This document shows, piece after piece, positions 9,504-18,291 of a DNA stretch of 64,000 nucleotides (its first letter is position 1; every line of letters begins with the position of its first letter). This stretch comes from Myxococcota bacterium. GTDB lineage: Bacteria > Myxococcota_A > UBA9042 > PHBI01 > JAWLBL01. Location of the stretch: NCBI GenBank assembly GCA_041687695.1, contig JAWLBL010000003.1, positions 87,660 to 151,659 on the forward strand, written 5' to 3'. The notes below the pieces were generated by a model that worked only from the letters and a program-made list of their open reading frames with translations, was not told the DNA's origin and made no database searches. The position numbers were made by a program, and so were the translations under genes.

Positions 9504-11516
9504 TCAGCGAGGTCGGTCGGGGGCGCCGGACGCGGTCCGCTCGGCCAGGGCGCTCCAGTGGCCGCCTTGGAGGAGCCTGGCCTTGATCACGACGGAGCCC
9601 GGCGGCAGCGGGACGGGGCCCGTGAAGCGCCGGGCGCCCTCGGCGACCGCGCCGCCGGGCGCCCTCGGGTCGCCGCCGTCCAGGGTGTACCAGACCTCGC
9701 CGGCCTGCCCGTCCGCGCTGACGACGAGCCGCGCCTCGGAGCCCTGGCCGCTCACGAGGGGCGTGGGCGGGTCCACGGGTGGGTAGAAGCCCACCGCCCG
9801 CAGCGCCGCGACGAGGCGCTCGCCGTTGCCGGCCATGCGGTCGTGGACGCGGCGGACCTCGGGCAGCCAGCTGCCCTGCATGGTCCGGGTCGGCTCGCCC
9901 AGCTCGGCGCGCGCGTCGCCCCAGCGCGCCGACTCGGCGAGGACGGCGAGGTACAGGTGGTCGTTGATGAGCTGCCAGCGCGCCTGGGAGCGGGCGTCGG
10001 TCAGGGCGCCGTCGCCCGTCAGGTGGCGATGGACCCGGTCGGCGAACAGCGTCATGAACTCGGGGCTGCGTCGCAGGGCGTGCCACAGGGTCGGGATGAT
10101 CCACCGCGTCCAGTTGCCCGGTAGGAAGGGCGGAGGCACCCAGGCCCCGTCGCTGCCGCCGCCGCCGGGCTGATCGTAGGGGCCCGAGCTGCACTCCGCG
10201 TCCCAGCTCTCCTCGGCGTCCCACACGAAGAAGCGGACCGGGCCCGGCGGGTCGAGCCGATGGGCGGCGTAGAAGTTGTTGCCGGGCCAGTCCCAGGTGC
10301 CGGCGTAGAAGTTGAGGATCAGGTAGTCGGCGAAGTCCTCGAGATCCAGGTAGCGCCTCCACTGGTCGAGCACCTCGGGCCGGCTGGCGTCCCGCTCGAC
10401 CAGGGACTGCGTCAGGGTGTTCCAGGCGCTGGTGTCGCCCTCGCGTAAGCCGTTGTGGTTCGCGACGAACCAGTCGTCCTCGTCCCCGCCGAAGTAGGAC
10501 GCCATGAACCACTGGTCCGGGCGCTCGACGGCGTTGTAGACGCCCCAATACAGGCCATTGAGGTACAGGTGCACGAAGGTGCCCCTCGCCGCGTAGCCGC
10601 TCATCGCCAGCTGAGAGGCGCGGACCCACTGGTCGCGCGTGAAGGTCGAGTCGTCGGGGTTCCAGCGCGTCGTCCAGTTGCGGTTCTTGCCGGCGCGCAG
10701 GATGAGGCGATCGAGCGTGTCGTCGGCGCCCTGGCCCATCGCGGGGTCGCGTTCGAGCAGCGGCGTGCGGAGCTTTCCGGCGCCGTACTCGCCGCGGAAC
10801 ATCAGCCGCAGCGAGCGCTTGAGGGTGACCCACGTGTGCACGCGCAGGCCGGCGTCGACCTGCCGGTGGTCGCCGGGCGCGTCCGGGAACAGCACCTCGA
10901 CCGCGGCGCGCGCCTCGTGCTCGGTCGGATCCTCGAGGCCGCCGCTGGTGTACAGGCCCCCGAGGCCGAAGAGCTCGGCGGTGGGCAAGGTCACGGCGAT
11001 GGTCGGCAGCGCCTCGAGGCTGCGCGTCATCAGCTCGGCGACGACCGGATCGCTCGTGATGGCGGGGTCCATCGCGGCGTCGAGGGGCAGCTCGGCGTCG
11101 CGGTCCTGGCGGACGCGGAGCACGGCGGGCAGGGCGGCGGGGGTCGCGGGCTGCTGCACGACCCGCTCGGGGAAGATGAAGGTGTGCGTCACGACCGGGC
11201 TCTCGGCGTGCCCGGGCAGGCGCGCGACGGCCCGGACCACCGTGGTCGCGGCGATGGTGAGGCTCACGGGGACGCCAGGGGCGGCGTCGGCCGGCACCTC
11301 GGGGATGGAGCCGTCGGTGGTGACCGCGAGGGAGGCCTCGGGCGAGGGCGGTTGGACGACCAGCGGGAGCGCTTGGGTGTGGAGGCCGCGCGTGTGGCTG
11401 AAGTGCGGCGCCGTCGTGACGGGGCGCGCGTCCTCGGTCGCCGGCGGGGGCGAGGCCTCGCAGGCGAGCAGGCTGCACACGCAGGCCGTCCAGGCGAGCA
11501 GGGAGGCAGACCGCAT
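9504..11516 (-). CDS. CotH kinase-family lipoprotein flanked by chitobiase/FN3-associated domains
   Basis: Lipobox SLLAC; KRSLRL, FVHLYLNGLYWGVYNAVER, DWPGNN and WDAE CotH motifs; TTDGSIP and YTLDGGDP domains. Confidence 0.88.
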   Translation of the reverse strand: MRSASLLAWTACVCSLLACEASPPPATEDARPVTTAPHFSHTRGLHTQALPLVVQPPSPEASLAVTTDGSIPEVPADAAPGVPVSLTIAATTVVRAVARLPGHAESPVVTHTFIFPERVVQQPATPAALPAVLRVRQDRDAELPLDAAMDPAITSDPVVAELMTRSLEALPTIAVTLPTAELFGLGGLYTSGGLEDPTEHEARAAVEVLFPDAPGDHRQVDAGLRVHTWVTLKRSLRLMFRGEYGAGKLRTPLLERDPAMGQGADDTLDRLILRAGKNRNWTTRWNPDDSTFTRDQWVRASQLAMSGYAARGTFVHLYLNGLYWGVYNAVERPDQWFMASYFGGDEDDWFVANHNGLREGDTSAWNTLTQSLVERDASRPEVLDQWRRYLDLEDFADYLILNFYAGTWDWPGNNFYAAHRLDPPGPVRFFVWDAEESWDAECSSGPYDQPGGGGSDGAWVPPPFLPGNWTRWIIPTLWHALRRSPEFMTLFADRVHRHLTGDGALTDARSQARWQLINDHLYLAVLAESARWGDARAELGEPTRTMQGSWLPEVRRVHDRMAGNGERLVAALRAVGFYPPVDPPTPLVSGQGSEARLVVSADGQAGEVWYTLDGGDPRAPGGAVAEGARRFTGPVPLPPGSVVIKARLLQGGHWSALAERTASGAPDRPR

Positions 11517-11698
11517 CGGGGGTTCTCGTCGAGCCGGGGAGCGCCACCCATCGTCGTGCGCGTGGAGCGGGGGGCCGTCCACTCGGTGCCGGATGCGGTG
11601 GCTGGTCTCGACGGTAGCACGGCGGCCGCGCCGATGGCACGGACGCGGCTGTCAGGCTGCGCTCGGGCCACCGGTGCTCCGGGCCTGCGGGGACCCGG

Positions 11699-13600
11699 TC
11701 AGTGGGCCGGGCGCTCGCGCTTTTGGAACCAGGCGCGGTAGGTCTCCATGCGCTTGCGCTGGGCCTCCGGGGCGCGGTGGTCGCAGGTCGCGCGCTCTTC
11801 GGAGCCCTCGGCGGCGCCCCAGCGCACCTCGACGCAATCGTTGGGGTTGTAGGCCAGCTCGAAGGCGACGCCGCGCTGCATGACCTCGCCCAAGGTCAGC
11901 GTCCAGGGGCTGCCGTCGCTGCGGGTGTAGGTGATCTTGCGCGCCCCGACCTCGTCGGCCAGCAGCCGCTCGAGGCGCGCCCGCAGGTCGGCGGCCGTCT
12001 GGCCCGGCGGGATGACGAAGCGCTCGGGGAGGCGCTCGACGCGGGCCGGGAAGTCGCGGACCGTGTCCATCGCGATGAGCAGGCGCAGGTCCCGCGAGGG
12101 GGTCGAGTAGTCCTCCCAGGGGCCGGAGGTGATGAAGATGGCCGGCCCGTCCGGCATGTCCATCGCGCGGCCGCGGTTGGCGCGCTTCCACTGCTCGCCG
12201 TTGTCGACCGACTCGACGCGGCGGCGGATCTGCTGGTCGAGCGCGTCGATGGTGGCGACCAGCGCCTTGTCCGGGGTCATCGGCTCGGGGTTGATGAGGG
12301 CGTCCATGCGGTCGTAGAAGCCGTCCTTGCCGAACGACCACTGCTCGGTCGAGTAGTCGCCGTAATCGATGGAGCGGGCGATCTCGTCGTTGGACAGCGC
12401 GACCACGCCGTCGGCCGTCGCGCGCACGGGGCGGAAGCGCTTCCAGCCGGCGCCCTTGACGGCCTCGTCCTCGGGGAAGAGGAACGAGCCCTTCCAGAAG
12501 ATGCGGCGGCCGATGATGCCGTCGGGCTGGGCGTCGGCGGCGATGAGCCAGCCGGACTCGCCGTCCTTTTGGGGGATCCACTGGCTGATCATCAGCGTGT
12601 GGCCGTAGGGGTCGGCGAAGATGGTGCCGGGGCGCAGGCCGCGCCGGTCGAGGCGCACCGGGTAGAAGTCCGAGCGCTCGTCGTCGGGGGCGGTGCGTAG
12701 GCTGGACGAGTGCACCGTGCCGCCGACGTTGCGCCGCGCGAAGCGCTCGAAGGCGGCCACCGCGTCGACCGGATCGGGCGGCGTCAGGGCGTCCTCCGGG
12801 ACCTCGAGGCTCTGGTGGTTGCTCAGCGGCTCGCCGCAGGTGGGCGCGCGCTCGGCGTTGCCGCGCCGGCAGCCGCGGTAGGCGAAGGGCAGGCCCAGCT
12901 TCCACGCGAAGTAGGCCCGCAGGAAGTACGGGAAGTCGGCGCAGTCGGGCTTCAAGGCCAGGCCCTGCTTGCCGGCGCCGTCCTCGCCCATGCCCAGGTG
13001 ATCGTGCAGCAGGTTGCGGTCCCGCTCGCGCAGCACCTCGTGCAAGTTCTTCCAGCTGAGGTCCTGGTCGGGCGCGCCCGCGAAGAGGCGCTCGACCCAC
13101 AGGCTGTACAGGTTCTCGGTGTCGCGCTCCCACTTGATGCGCGAGCGCCAGATGGGGTCCTCGCCCGGGGTGACGGCCTTTTCGCGCGAGGGGCCGCGGC
13201 CGACGCGAGCGTCCTGGCAGGCCAGCACCTGGTCGCCGGCCACCAGCGCGAGGCGCCAGCGGCCGGGGGTGGGTTTGTCGACCTGGGCCACGAAGCCGTA
13301 GGGCGGCCCGCCGAAGCGCTGCGTGGGCGCGGGGTGCAGGCGGTCGTCGGGGTCGAGGACGACGATGCGCGCGTCGGCCGGGGGGACCGGCTCGCTGACG
13401 ACCAGCGCGCGCAGCGGGGCGCGGGCGTGGGGGCGCTTGGGGGAGTTGAAGATGGCGACGTCCAGCGAGTCGGCGCACTCGTCCAGGGCGGCGACGCGCG
13501 CGGCGAGGGCCGTGTCGTCGGTGGTCGCGCGGGCCGGGCTGGCGGCGGCGGTGGCCACGAGCAGCGGCGCGAGCATGAGGGCGGGGAGCGGGGCGTGCAT
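11699..13600 (-). CDS. Exported protein with putative NlpC/P60-like Cys-His catalytic dyad
   Basis: Signal peptide MHAPLPALMLAPLLVATAAASPARA; DCADFPYFLR and PGTIFADPYGHTLMI motifs. The CDS is clear; the function is inferred. Confidence 0.75.
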   Translation of the reverse strand: MHAPLPALMLAPLLVATAAASPARATTDDTALAARVAALDECADSLDVAIFNSPKRPHARAPLRALVVSEPVPPADARIVVLDPDDRLHPAPTQRFGGPPYGFVAQVDKPTPGRWRLALVAGDQVLACQDARVGRGPSREKAVTPGEDPIWRSRIKWERDTENLYSLWVERLFAGAPDQDLSWKNLHEVLRERDRNLLHDHLGMGEDGAGKQGLALKPDCADFPYFLRAYFAWKLGLPFAYRGCRRGNAERAPTCGEPLSNHQSLEVPEDALTPPDPVDAVAAFERFARRNVGGTVHSSSLRTAPDDERSDFYPVRLDRRGLRPGTIFADPYGHTLMISQWIPQKDGESGWLIAADAQPDGIIGRRIFWKGSFLFPEDEAVKGAGWKRFRPVRATADGVVALSNDEIARSIDYGDYSTEQWSFGKDGFYDRMDALINPEPMTPDKALVATIDALDQQIRRRVESVDNGEQWKRANRGRAMDMPDGPAIFITSGPWEDYSTPSRDLRLLIAMDTVRDFPARVERLPERFVIPPGQTAADLRARLERLLADEVGARKITYTRSDGSPWTLTLGEVMQRGVAFELAYNPNDCVEVRWGAAEGSEERATCDHRAPEAQRKRMETYRAWFQKRERPAH

Positions 13601-13623
13601 GGCGCGTCCTGTGGGGACGGAGG

Positions 13624-14982
13624 TCAGGGGGCGAAGACGGCGATGTGGCTGATGCGCTCGAGGAAGGCGGCGCGCTCGGTGCCGCGGCCGAGCTCCAGAT
13701 CGGTCACGGCGACGCGCGACAGGCGCACCACGGTGTGGCCGCCGCCCTCGCAGGGGCGCACGTAGTCGCTGATGGCCGACACGGCGAAGGGGCGCCCCTG
13801 GTCCTCGCCCAGGTAGAGCATGATGTGGCCGGGCATGTAGAGCAGCACGACGCCGCGGCGGGCGCCCTCGCGGATGGCGGCGAGCTTGGCCGCCTCGGGC
13901 TGGCCGCGGACGTCGACGACGAGGCTGCCCGAGCGGGCCTGGGCGCTGGAGTGGCGCTGCAGGCGCAGGCCGAAGGTCGCGAAGAGGTCGAGCACCAGGC
14001 GCGAGCAGTCGCGCAGGCCGTTGGCGTCGCCCCAGCCGTAGCCGTCGCCGAGGCGGGCGAGCGCCAGCTTCCAGACGTTGCGGCGCGTCAGCGGCAGCCA
14101 GCCGGCGTGCACCGGGGCGTCGGCGGGCAGGGTCCCCTCGCGCAGGCCGGCCTCGGTCGGCAAGGTGACGCGGTATCCGCCGTCTTCGGTCCGGCCCAGC
14201 AGCGGCAGGTGGCCGCCCATGCGCAAGGCGGGGCCGCCCGGGACCTGCCACCCGTCGTCCGTGACGACCAGCGCCGTGGTCGGGTCGCGGAAGGCGCGGG
14301 CCGCCTCGGGCGTCAGCGGCGGGGTCGTGCGCGGGGCGCGCAGCCAGCCGACCGCGTGGCCCGAGTGGACGTAGACCCAGCCGTCGGGCCCCTGGCGCAG
14401 GACGCGCACCAGCTCCGTCGGCTGCAGGCTCGAGCAGCGGTTGCGGTCGAAGGCGGGGTCGATGGGCGGCTTGTAGAACGGGGCGTCGGTCGGCACGCAG
14501 CGGAGATCGGCCGCGGCCACGATGACGCGCAGCTCGTCTAGCGGCGTCGAGGCGTCGGAGACCGAGCGCGACGCCGCGAAGGCGCCGGCATGGGGCTCGA
14601 CGTACTCGCCGGCGTCGAAGCGCTCGCGCAGCCAGTCGAAGCGCTCGCGCAGCTGCGCGTCGACGGCACCGGCGTCGGGGCCGGGCGCACGCAGCAGATC
14701 GCGGAAGCCGTGGTCGCTGGCGCCGTTGCGGGCGTTGAGCGCGGCTATCTCGGCCGGCCCCAGCAGCACACGGTCGGCCTCGTCGGCGCCCAGACGGGCC
14801 ACCCAGGTGTCCACGAGCCGGTGCGTCTCGGTGACCCCCGGCGCCTCGGCCCCGGCGGCCACCTCGGGCTGGCAGCGGGCCGCGGGGGCGCTGGCCGACG
14901 CGCGCGGGCCGGCGCACGAGAGCGCCGAGGCGACGATCACAGCCATCGCGGAGAGGCAGAGCTTGGAGCCGCGCCAGAGCAT
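13624..14982 (-). CDS. SH3b + NlpC/P60 lipoprotein (peptidoglycan endopeptidase family)
   Basis: Lipobox SALSC; FDRNRCSSL SH3 region; YGWGD...RDCS...FG..L.R.S.AQ and YMPGHIMLYLG NlpC/P60 motifs. Confidence 0.9.
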   Translation of the reverse strand: MLWRGSKLCLSAMAVIVASALSCAGPRASASAPAARCQPEVAAGAEAPGVTETHRLVDTWVARLGADEADRVLLGPAEIAALNARNGASDHGFRDLLRAPGPDAGAVDAQLRERFDWLRERFDAGEYVEPHAGAFAASRSVSDASTPLDELRVIVAAADLRCVPTDAPFYKPPIDPAFDRNRCSSLQPTELVRVLRQGPDGWVYVHSGHAVGWLRAPRTTPPLTPEAARAFRDPTTALVVTDDGWQVPGGPALRMGGHLPLLGRTEDGGYRVTLPTEAGLREGTLPADAPVHAGWLPLTRRNVWKLALARLGDGYGWGDANGLRDCSRLVLDLFATFGLRLQRHSSAQARSGSLVVDVRGQPEAAKLAAIREGARRGVVLLYMPGHIMLYLGEDQGRPFAVSAISDYVRPCEGGGHTVVRLSRVAVTDLELGRGTERAAFLERISHIAVFAP

Positions 14983-15059
14983 CGCTGCCATTGTGCCGGA
15001 GGGCGCCGGGGTGGCAAGGATGGGCGCAGCGGACGTAAGCGCGCGAAATGGTGTCGATT

Positions 15060-16331
15060 TCACTTCATGAACTTCGACCCTGGCGTCAGGTCGCAGTGGA
15101 AGTGGTCGGCGTGGGCGGCGTTGTACTCGGGCGTCAGGATGATGTTGAAGACCGCGTCGCCGAACAGGGTCTCGACGAACCACTTGAGGAAGCTGCCGCC
15201 CTCGGTGACCGGGAAGGCGACCCCCTTCTCCCAGTCGCCGAGGACCTTGAAGACGGTCCCGTCGCCCTTGACCAGCCCGCTGATGTCGATGGCGTTGGCG
15301 AAGGCGTGCTCGCTGAGCTTGCTGGTGCCCGAGATGGTGCGGCAGTTGTAGACGCCCAGGTGGATGACGCTCTGGTAGGTCTGCTCCTGCAGCAGGGCGG
15401 CGGTGTGCTCCATGCTGAGGGCGAGGCCGCACGAGGCGTACATGGCCTTGGGCGCCGCGGTGGCGGTGGCGTAGCGGTAGGCGACGCCGTGGATGACGCC
15501 GTCGACCCAGACCGGGTCGGGGACGTCGCAGACCAGGTTGGGGTGGCCCGAGGGCGCGCTCTTCTTGTTGACGCCGGGGGTCCAGCCGACCCCCTGGGCG
15601 ATGAGGGCCTGGTGGCAGGCGGTCAGCGGGAAGGCCTGGTCCTCGCCCGGGATGCAGGCGTAGACGACGGTGGCCGGGTCGGTGTGGCGGGGCAGGGCGA
15701 CGCACTGATAGCCGGGGCGGCAGCCGGTGGGGCTGGCTCCGTAGTCGCAGCGCGCGAGGCACACGCCGCCGGAGCCGTCCAGCTGCGGCTCGACGTCGCC
15801 CGCGTCCGCGCAGAAGGTGGTCACGGCGCCGGCCTGGTCGGGGCAGAACTTGGTGCAGGGCAGCGAGCAGTGCCCCTGGGGGAAGCCTTCGCCGTCCTCG
15901 AGGCAGACGCCGCCGTCGTAGGCGCACTCGGCGCTGGACTGGCAGGCGCCGCCGATGAAGCCGGCGTTGAGGCCCGAGGGCTCGACCGGTCCCACCGGGC
16001 CCTCGCCGGGCGCCTCGCCTTCGGGATCGGGGTCGCCGGCCGGCTCCTCGGGGGCGACGGTGACCTCGGGGGCGACGGTGACGTCGGGGTCGGACGGTCC
16101 GTCGTCGTGCTCGACCGCGTCCGCGGGGTCGGTCAAGCCAATGTCCGCCACCGGGTCGGCTGCGTCGGCGGTCGACGACGCGTCGGCGGTGTCGCCTTGG
16201 GCCTTGGCGGTCTGGAACTGCCGGACTTGGTGGGCCTCGGTGAGCGAGCCGGCGTCGTCGCACGCGCCGGCGGCCAGCGCGAGCGCCGTGGCGAGGGCGA
16301 ACGGACCCAGGGCGGAGGGGCGGAGCGCCAT
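15060..16331 (-). CDS. Cys-rich lipoprotein with C-terminal extensin-like (LAS/M15-fold) domain
   Basis: Lipobox AAGAC; YNCRTI..SEHAFANAIDI and LTPEYNAAHADHFHCD match the extensin-like C-terminal domain. Confidence 0.88.
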   Translation of the reverse strand: MALRPSALGPFALATALALAAGACDDAGSLTEAHQVRQFQTAKAQGDTADASSTADAADPVADIGLTDPADAVEHDDGPSDPDVTVAPEVTVAPEEPAGDPDPEGEAPGEGPVGPVEPSGLNAGFIGGACQSSAECAYDGGVCLEDGEGFPQGHCSLPCTKFCPDQAGAVTTFCADAGDVEPQLDGSGGVCLARCDYGASPTGCRPGYQCVALPRHTDPATVVYACIPGEDQAFPLTACHQALIAQGVGWTPGVNKKSAPSGHPNLVCDVPDPVWVDGVIHGVAYRYATATAAPKAMYASCGLALSMEHTAALLQEQTYQSVIHLGVYNCRTISGTSKLSEHAFANAIDISGLVKGDGTVFKVLGDWEKGVAFPVTEGGSFLKWFVETLFGDAVFNIILTPEYNAAHADHFHCDLTPGSKFMK

Positions 16332-16513
16332 GGTCGTGACCTGCTTGGCTGGGGTTTGGAGGGCGGGGAGCATAGCACAACCCCGCCGCACCCCAACAGG
16401 CCGACCGATCGCCGGGCTCGAAGCGGCGGCCGAGAGGCCGGTGGCGTCGGTGACTTCGACTCACCCAGTGGCGGTTGACAGCGTCGCCGGCCCGCGGATA
16501 CAGCCCGTGGACC

Positions 16514-17029
16514 ATGATCCCGCTCCCGCGCCCCCGCCGGTTCGCCGCGACGCTCTTGGCCGTGCTGCTCGCCTTGCCCGCCTGCACGCGCACATTCCTG
16601 TACCGGCACGACAACCTGCCGCGCCTGACCGGGTCCCGCGCCCACATCCCCGAGCAGCCGGACGACGCGCCCGAGGCCTGGCCGGTCGACACCGTGCTCC
16701 TCCTCCACCGCCAGCGCGGCCGCGTCCCGCCGACCCCCGACGAGTGGCGCCGCTTTCAGGCCGGCCAGCTCGCCGACGTCGACGGCGCCGCCCTCGAGGT
16801 CTCGACCACCCCCCACGTCCTGCGCAACCACACCCTGCTCGGCGGCGCCATCGGCCTGGGCTTCGGGCTCGCCCTGGCCCTGCTCGTCGTCCCTGGCGAC
16901 CTCGAAGACGCGCTCGGCTTCCCGGCCGTCGCCATGATCGAGGGCGCCCTCCTCAGCGCCGCCGTCGGCGCCGTCGCCATGAGCGGCGAAGAGGACCGCC
17001 GCCTCGACGGCGCGGGGCCCCGCCCATGA
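16514..17029 (+). CDS. Hypothetical lipoprotein with C-terminal glycine-zipper-like helices (paralog A)
   Basis: Lipobox LPAC; GGAIGLGFG and GALLSAAVGA hydrophobic helices. Confidence 0.75.
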   Translation: MIPLPRPRRFAATLLAVLLALPACTRTFLYRHDNLPRLTGSRAHIPEQPDDAPEAWPVDTVLLLHRQRGRVPPTPDEWRRFQAGQLADVDGAALEVSTTPHVLRNHTLLGGAIGLGFGLALALLVVPGDLEDALGFPAVAMIEGALLSAAVGAVAMSGEEDRRLDGAGPRP

Positions 17030-17532
17030 CGCCCCGTCGACTGCGCGCCGCCGCCCTGGGGCTCGCCGCGCTGACCTGCGCGCCCGCCTGCCAGCGCACC
17101 TACCTCTACCGCCCCGCCGACTTGCCGCCCATCCGCAACGGCCACCTCATCGTGACCGAGCCGGACGGCGACCGCCTCGCGCTGCCGATCTCGCGCCTCG
17201 CCGTCGCCCGCGCCGGCCGCCCCTTCGCCGTCCCGCCCTCCGCCGACGATCTCCTGGCCCTGCGCGACGGCCTGCCCACGTCCATCCACACCGTCCAGCT
17301 CGACGTCGACGCCTCGGGCGAGGTCTGGACCGACTACGCCCTGGTCGGCGCGGGCCTCGGCGCCTCCCTCGGCGCCCTGCTGGGCCTGACCCTCGACGCC
17401 CGGGGCGATCGCCTCGGGCCCTTCACCCTCCTCATCGGCCTCACGGGCGCGCTCGACGGGCTGCTCCTCGGCAGCCTCGTCGGCGCCATCGCCGTGAGCG
17501 GCACCGAAGATCACCGCTTCGGCGCCCCGTGA
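17026..17532 (+). CDS. Hypothetical lipoprotein with C-terminal glycine-zipper-like helices (paralog B)
   Basis: ATGA overlap with the upstream gene; PAC-QRTYLYR resembles PAC-TRTFLYR of paralog A; GAGLGASLG and GLLLGSLVGA helices. Confidence 0.75.
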   Translation: MTPRRLRAAALGLAALTCAPACQRTYLYRPADLPPIRNGHLIVTEPDGDRLALPISRLAVARAGRPFAVPPSADDLLALRDGLPTSIHTVQLDVDASGEVWTDYALVGAGLGASLGALLGLTLDARGDRLGPFTLLIGLTGALDGLLLGSLVGAIAVSGTEDHRFGAP

Positions 17533-17539
17533 ACCCCGG

Positions 17540-18163
17540 CTACTCGTAGCTGAAGTTCTCGTTGCCCCGGTCGGGCTCGCCGGTCTCGATCTGTCCGAAC
17601 GTGGGCTCGCTCGGCAGCCGCTCGACGAACATGGCCTGCGGCCCCTCGTCGCCGACCTCCTCCTTGTAGACGACGCGGTCGCCCACCTGCAGCGCGTCGA
17701 AGCCCCCCTCGCCGCGCACCGCGTTCTCGTGGAAGTAGACCTCGCGGCCCGACGCGCTCTCGATGAAGCCGTAGCGGCCGTCGTGCAGCAGCTTGCGCAC
17801 CACGGCGTGCATCTGCGTGTCGTGCTGCTTGGCCTCGCCGCGCTGCATGCGCCCGAACTCGCGCAGCTGCCGCTCCATCGCCGAGAACGCGTCCCGGATG
17901 GCCGCGTTGATGTCCTCGTGGTTGCGGTTGGGCGCCGGGTCGCGCCCGACGACCAGCTCGGCCCCCGGCACGGTGACGTCGATGCGGATGCGCAACGCGT
18001 TGCCGTGCTGCTTGCTCCGGTGCGGCGCCTCGACGGCGACCCGGCACCCGATGATGCCGTCGTAGAACTGCTCGAGCTTGCGAGCGCGCTCGCGGATGCG
18101 CTGCTCGACCGCCGGAGACGGCTCGCACTGGTGCCACGAGATTTCCAGAGGGATCTGCATCAT
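17540..18163 (-). CDS. HPF/RaiA ribosome-associated protein fused to a cold-shock domain
   Basis: MQIPLEIS..IRERARKLEQFYDGIIGCRV..AIRDAF..MERQL, then YGFIES..REVYFHENAV..GPQA; AAGGAGG RBS. Confidence 0.92.
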   Translation of the reverse strand: MMQIPLEISWHQCEPSPAVEQRIRERARKLEQFYDGIIGCRVAVEAPHRSKQHGNALRIRIDVTVPGAELVVGRDPAPNRNHEDINAAIRDAFSAMERQLREFGRMQRGEAKQHDTQMHAVVRKLLHDGRYGFIESASGREVYFHENAVRGEGGFDALQVGDRVVYKEEVGDEGPQAMFVERLPSEPTFGQIETGEPDRGNENFSYE

Positions 18164-18291
18164 CGACCTCCTTCGGTAACCCTCGGCGGCGCGGCGCAGG
18201 CGCGCGACGACCACCGAGCCAACCGTAATCACGGAGGTTCCACCGATGACCCCGGCCCCGAACGCGGCCCGCGGCCCCGCCCCGGGCGCGC

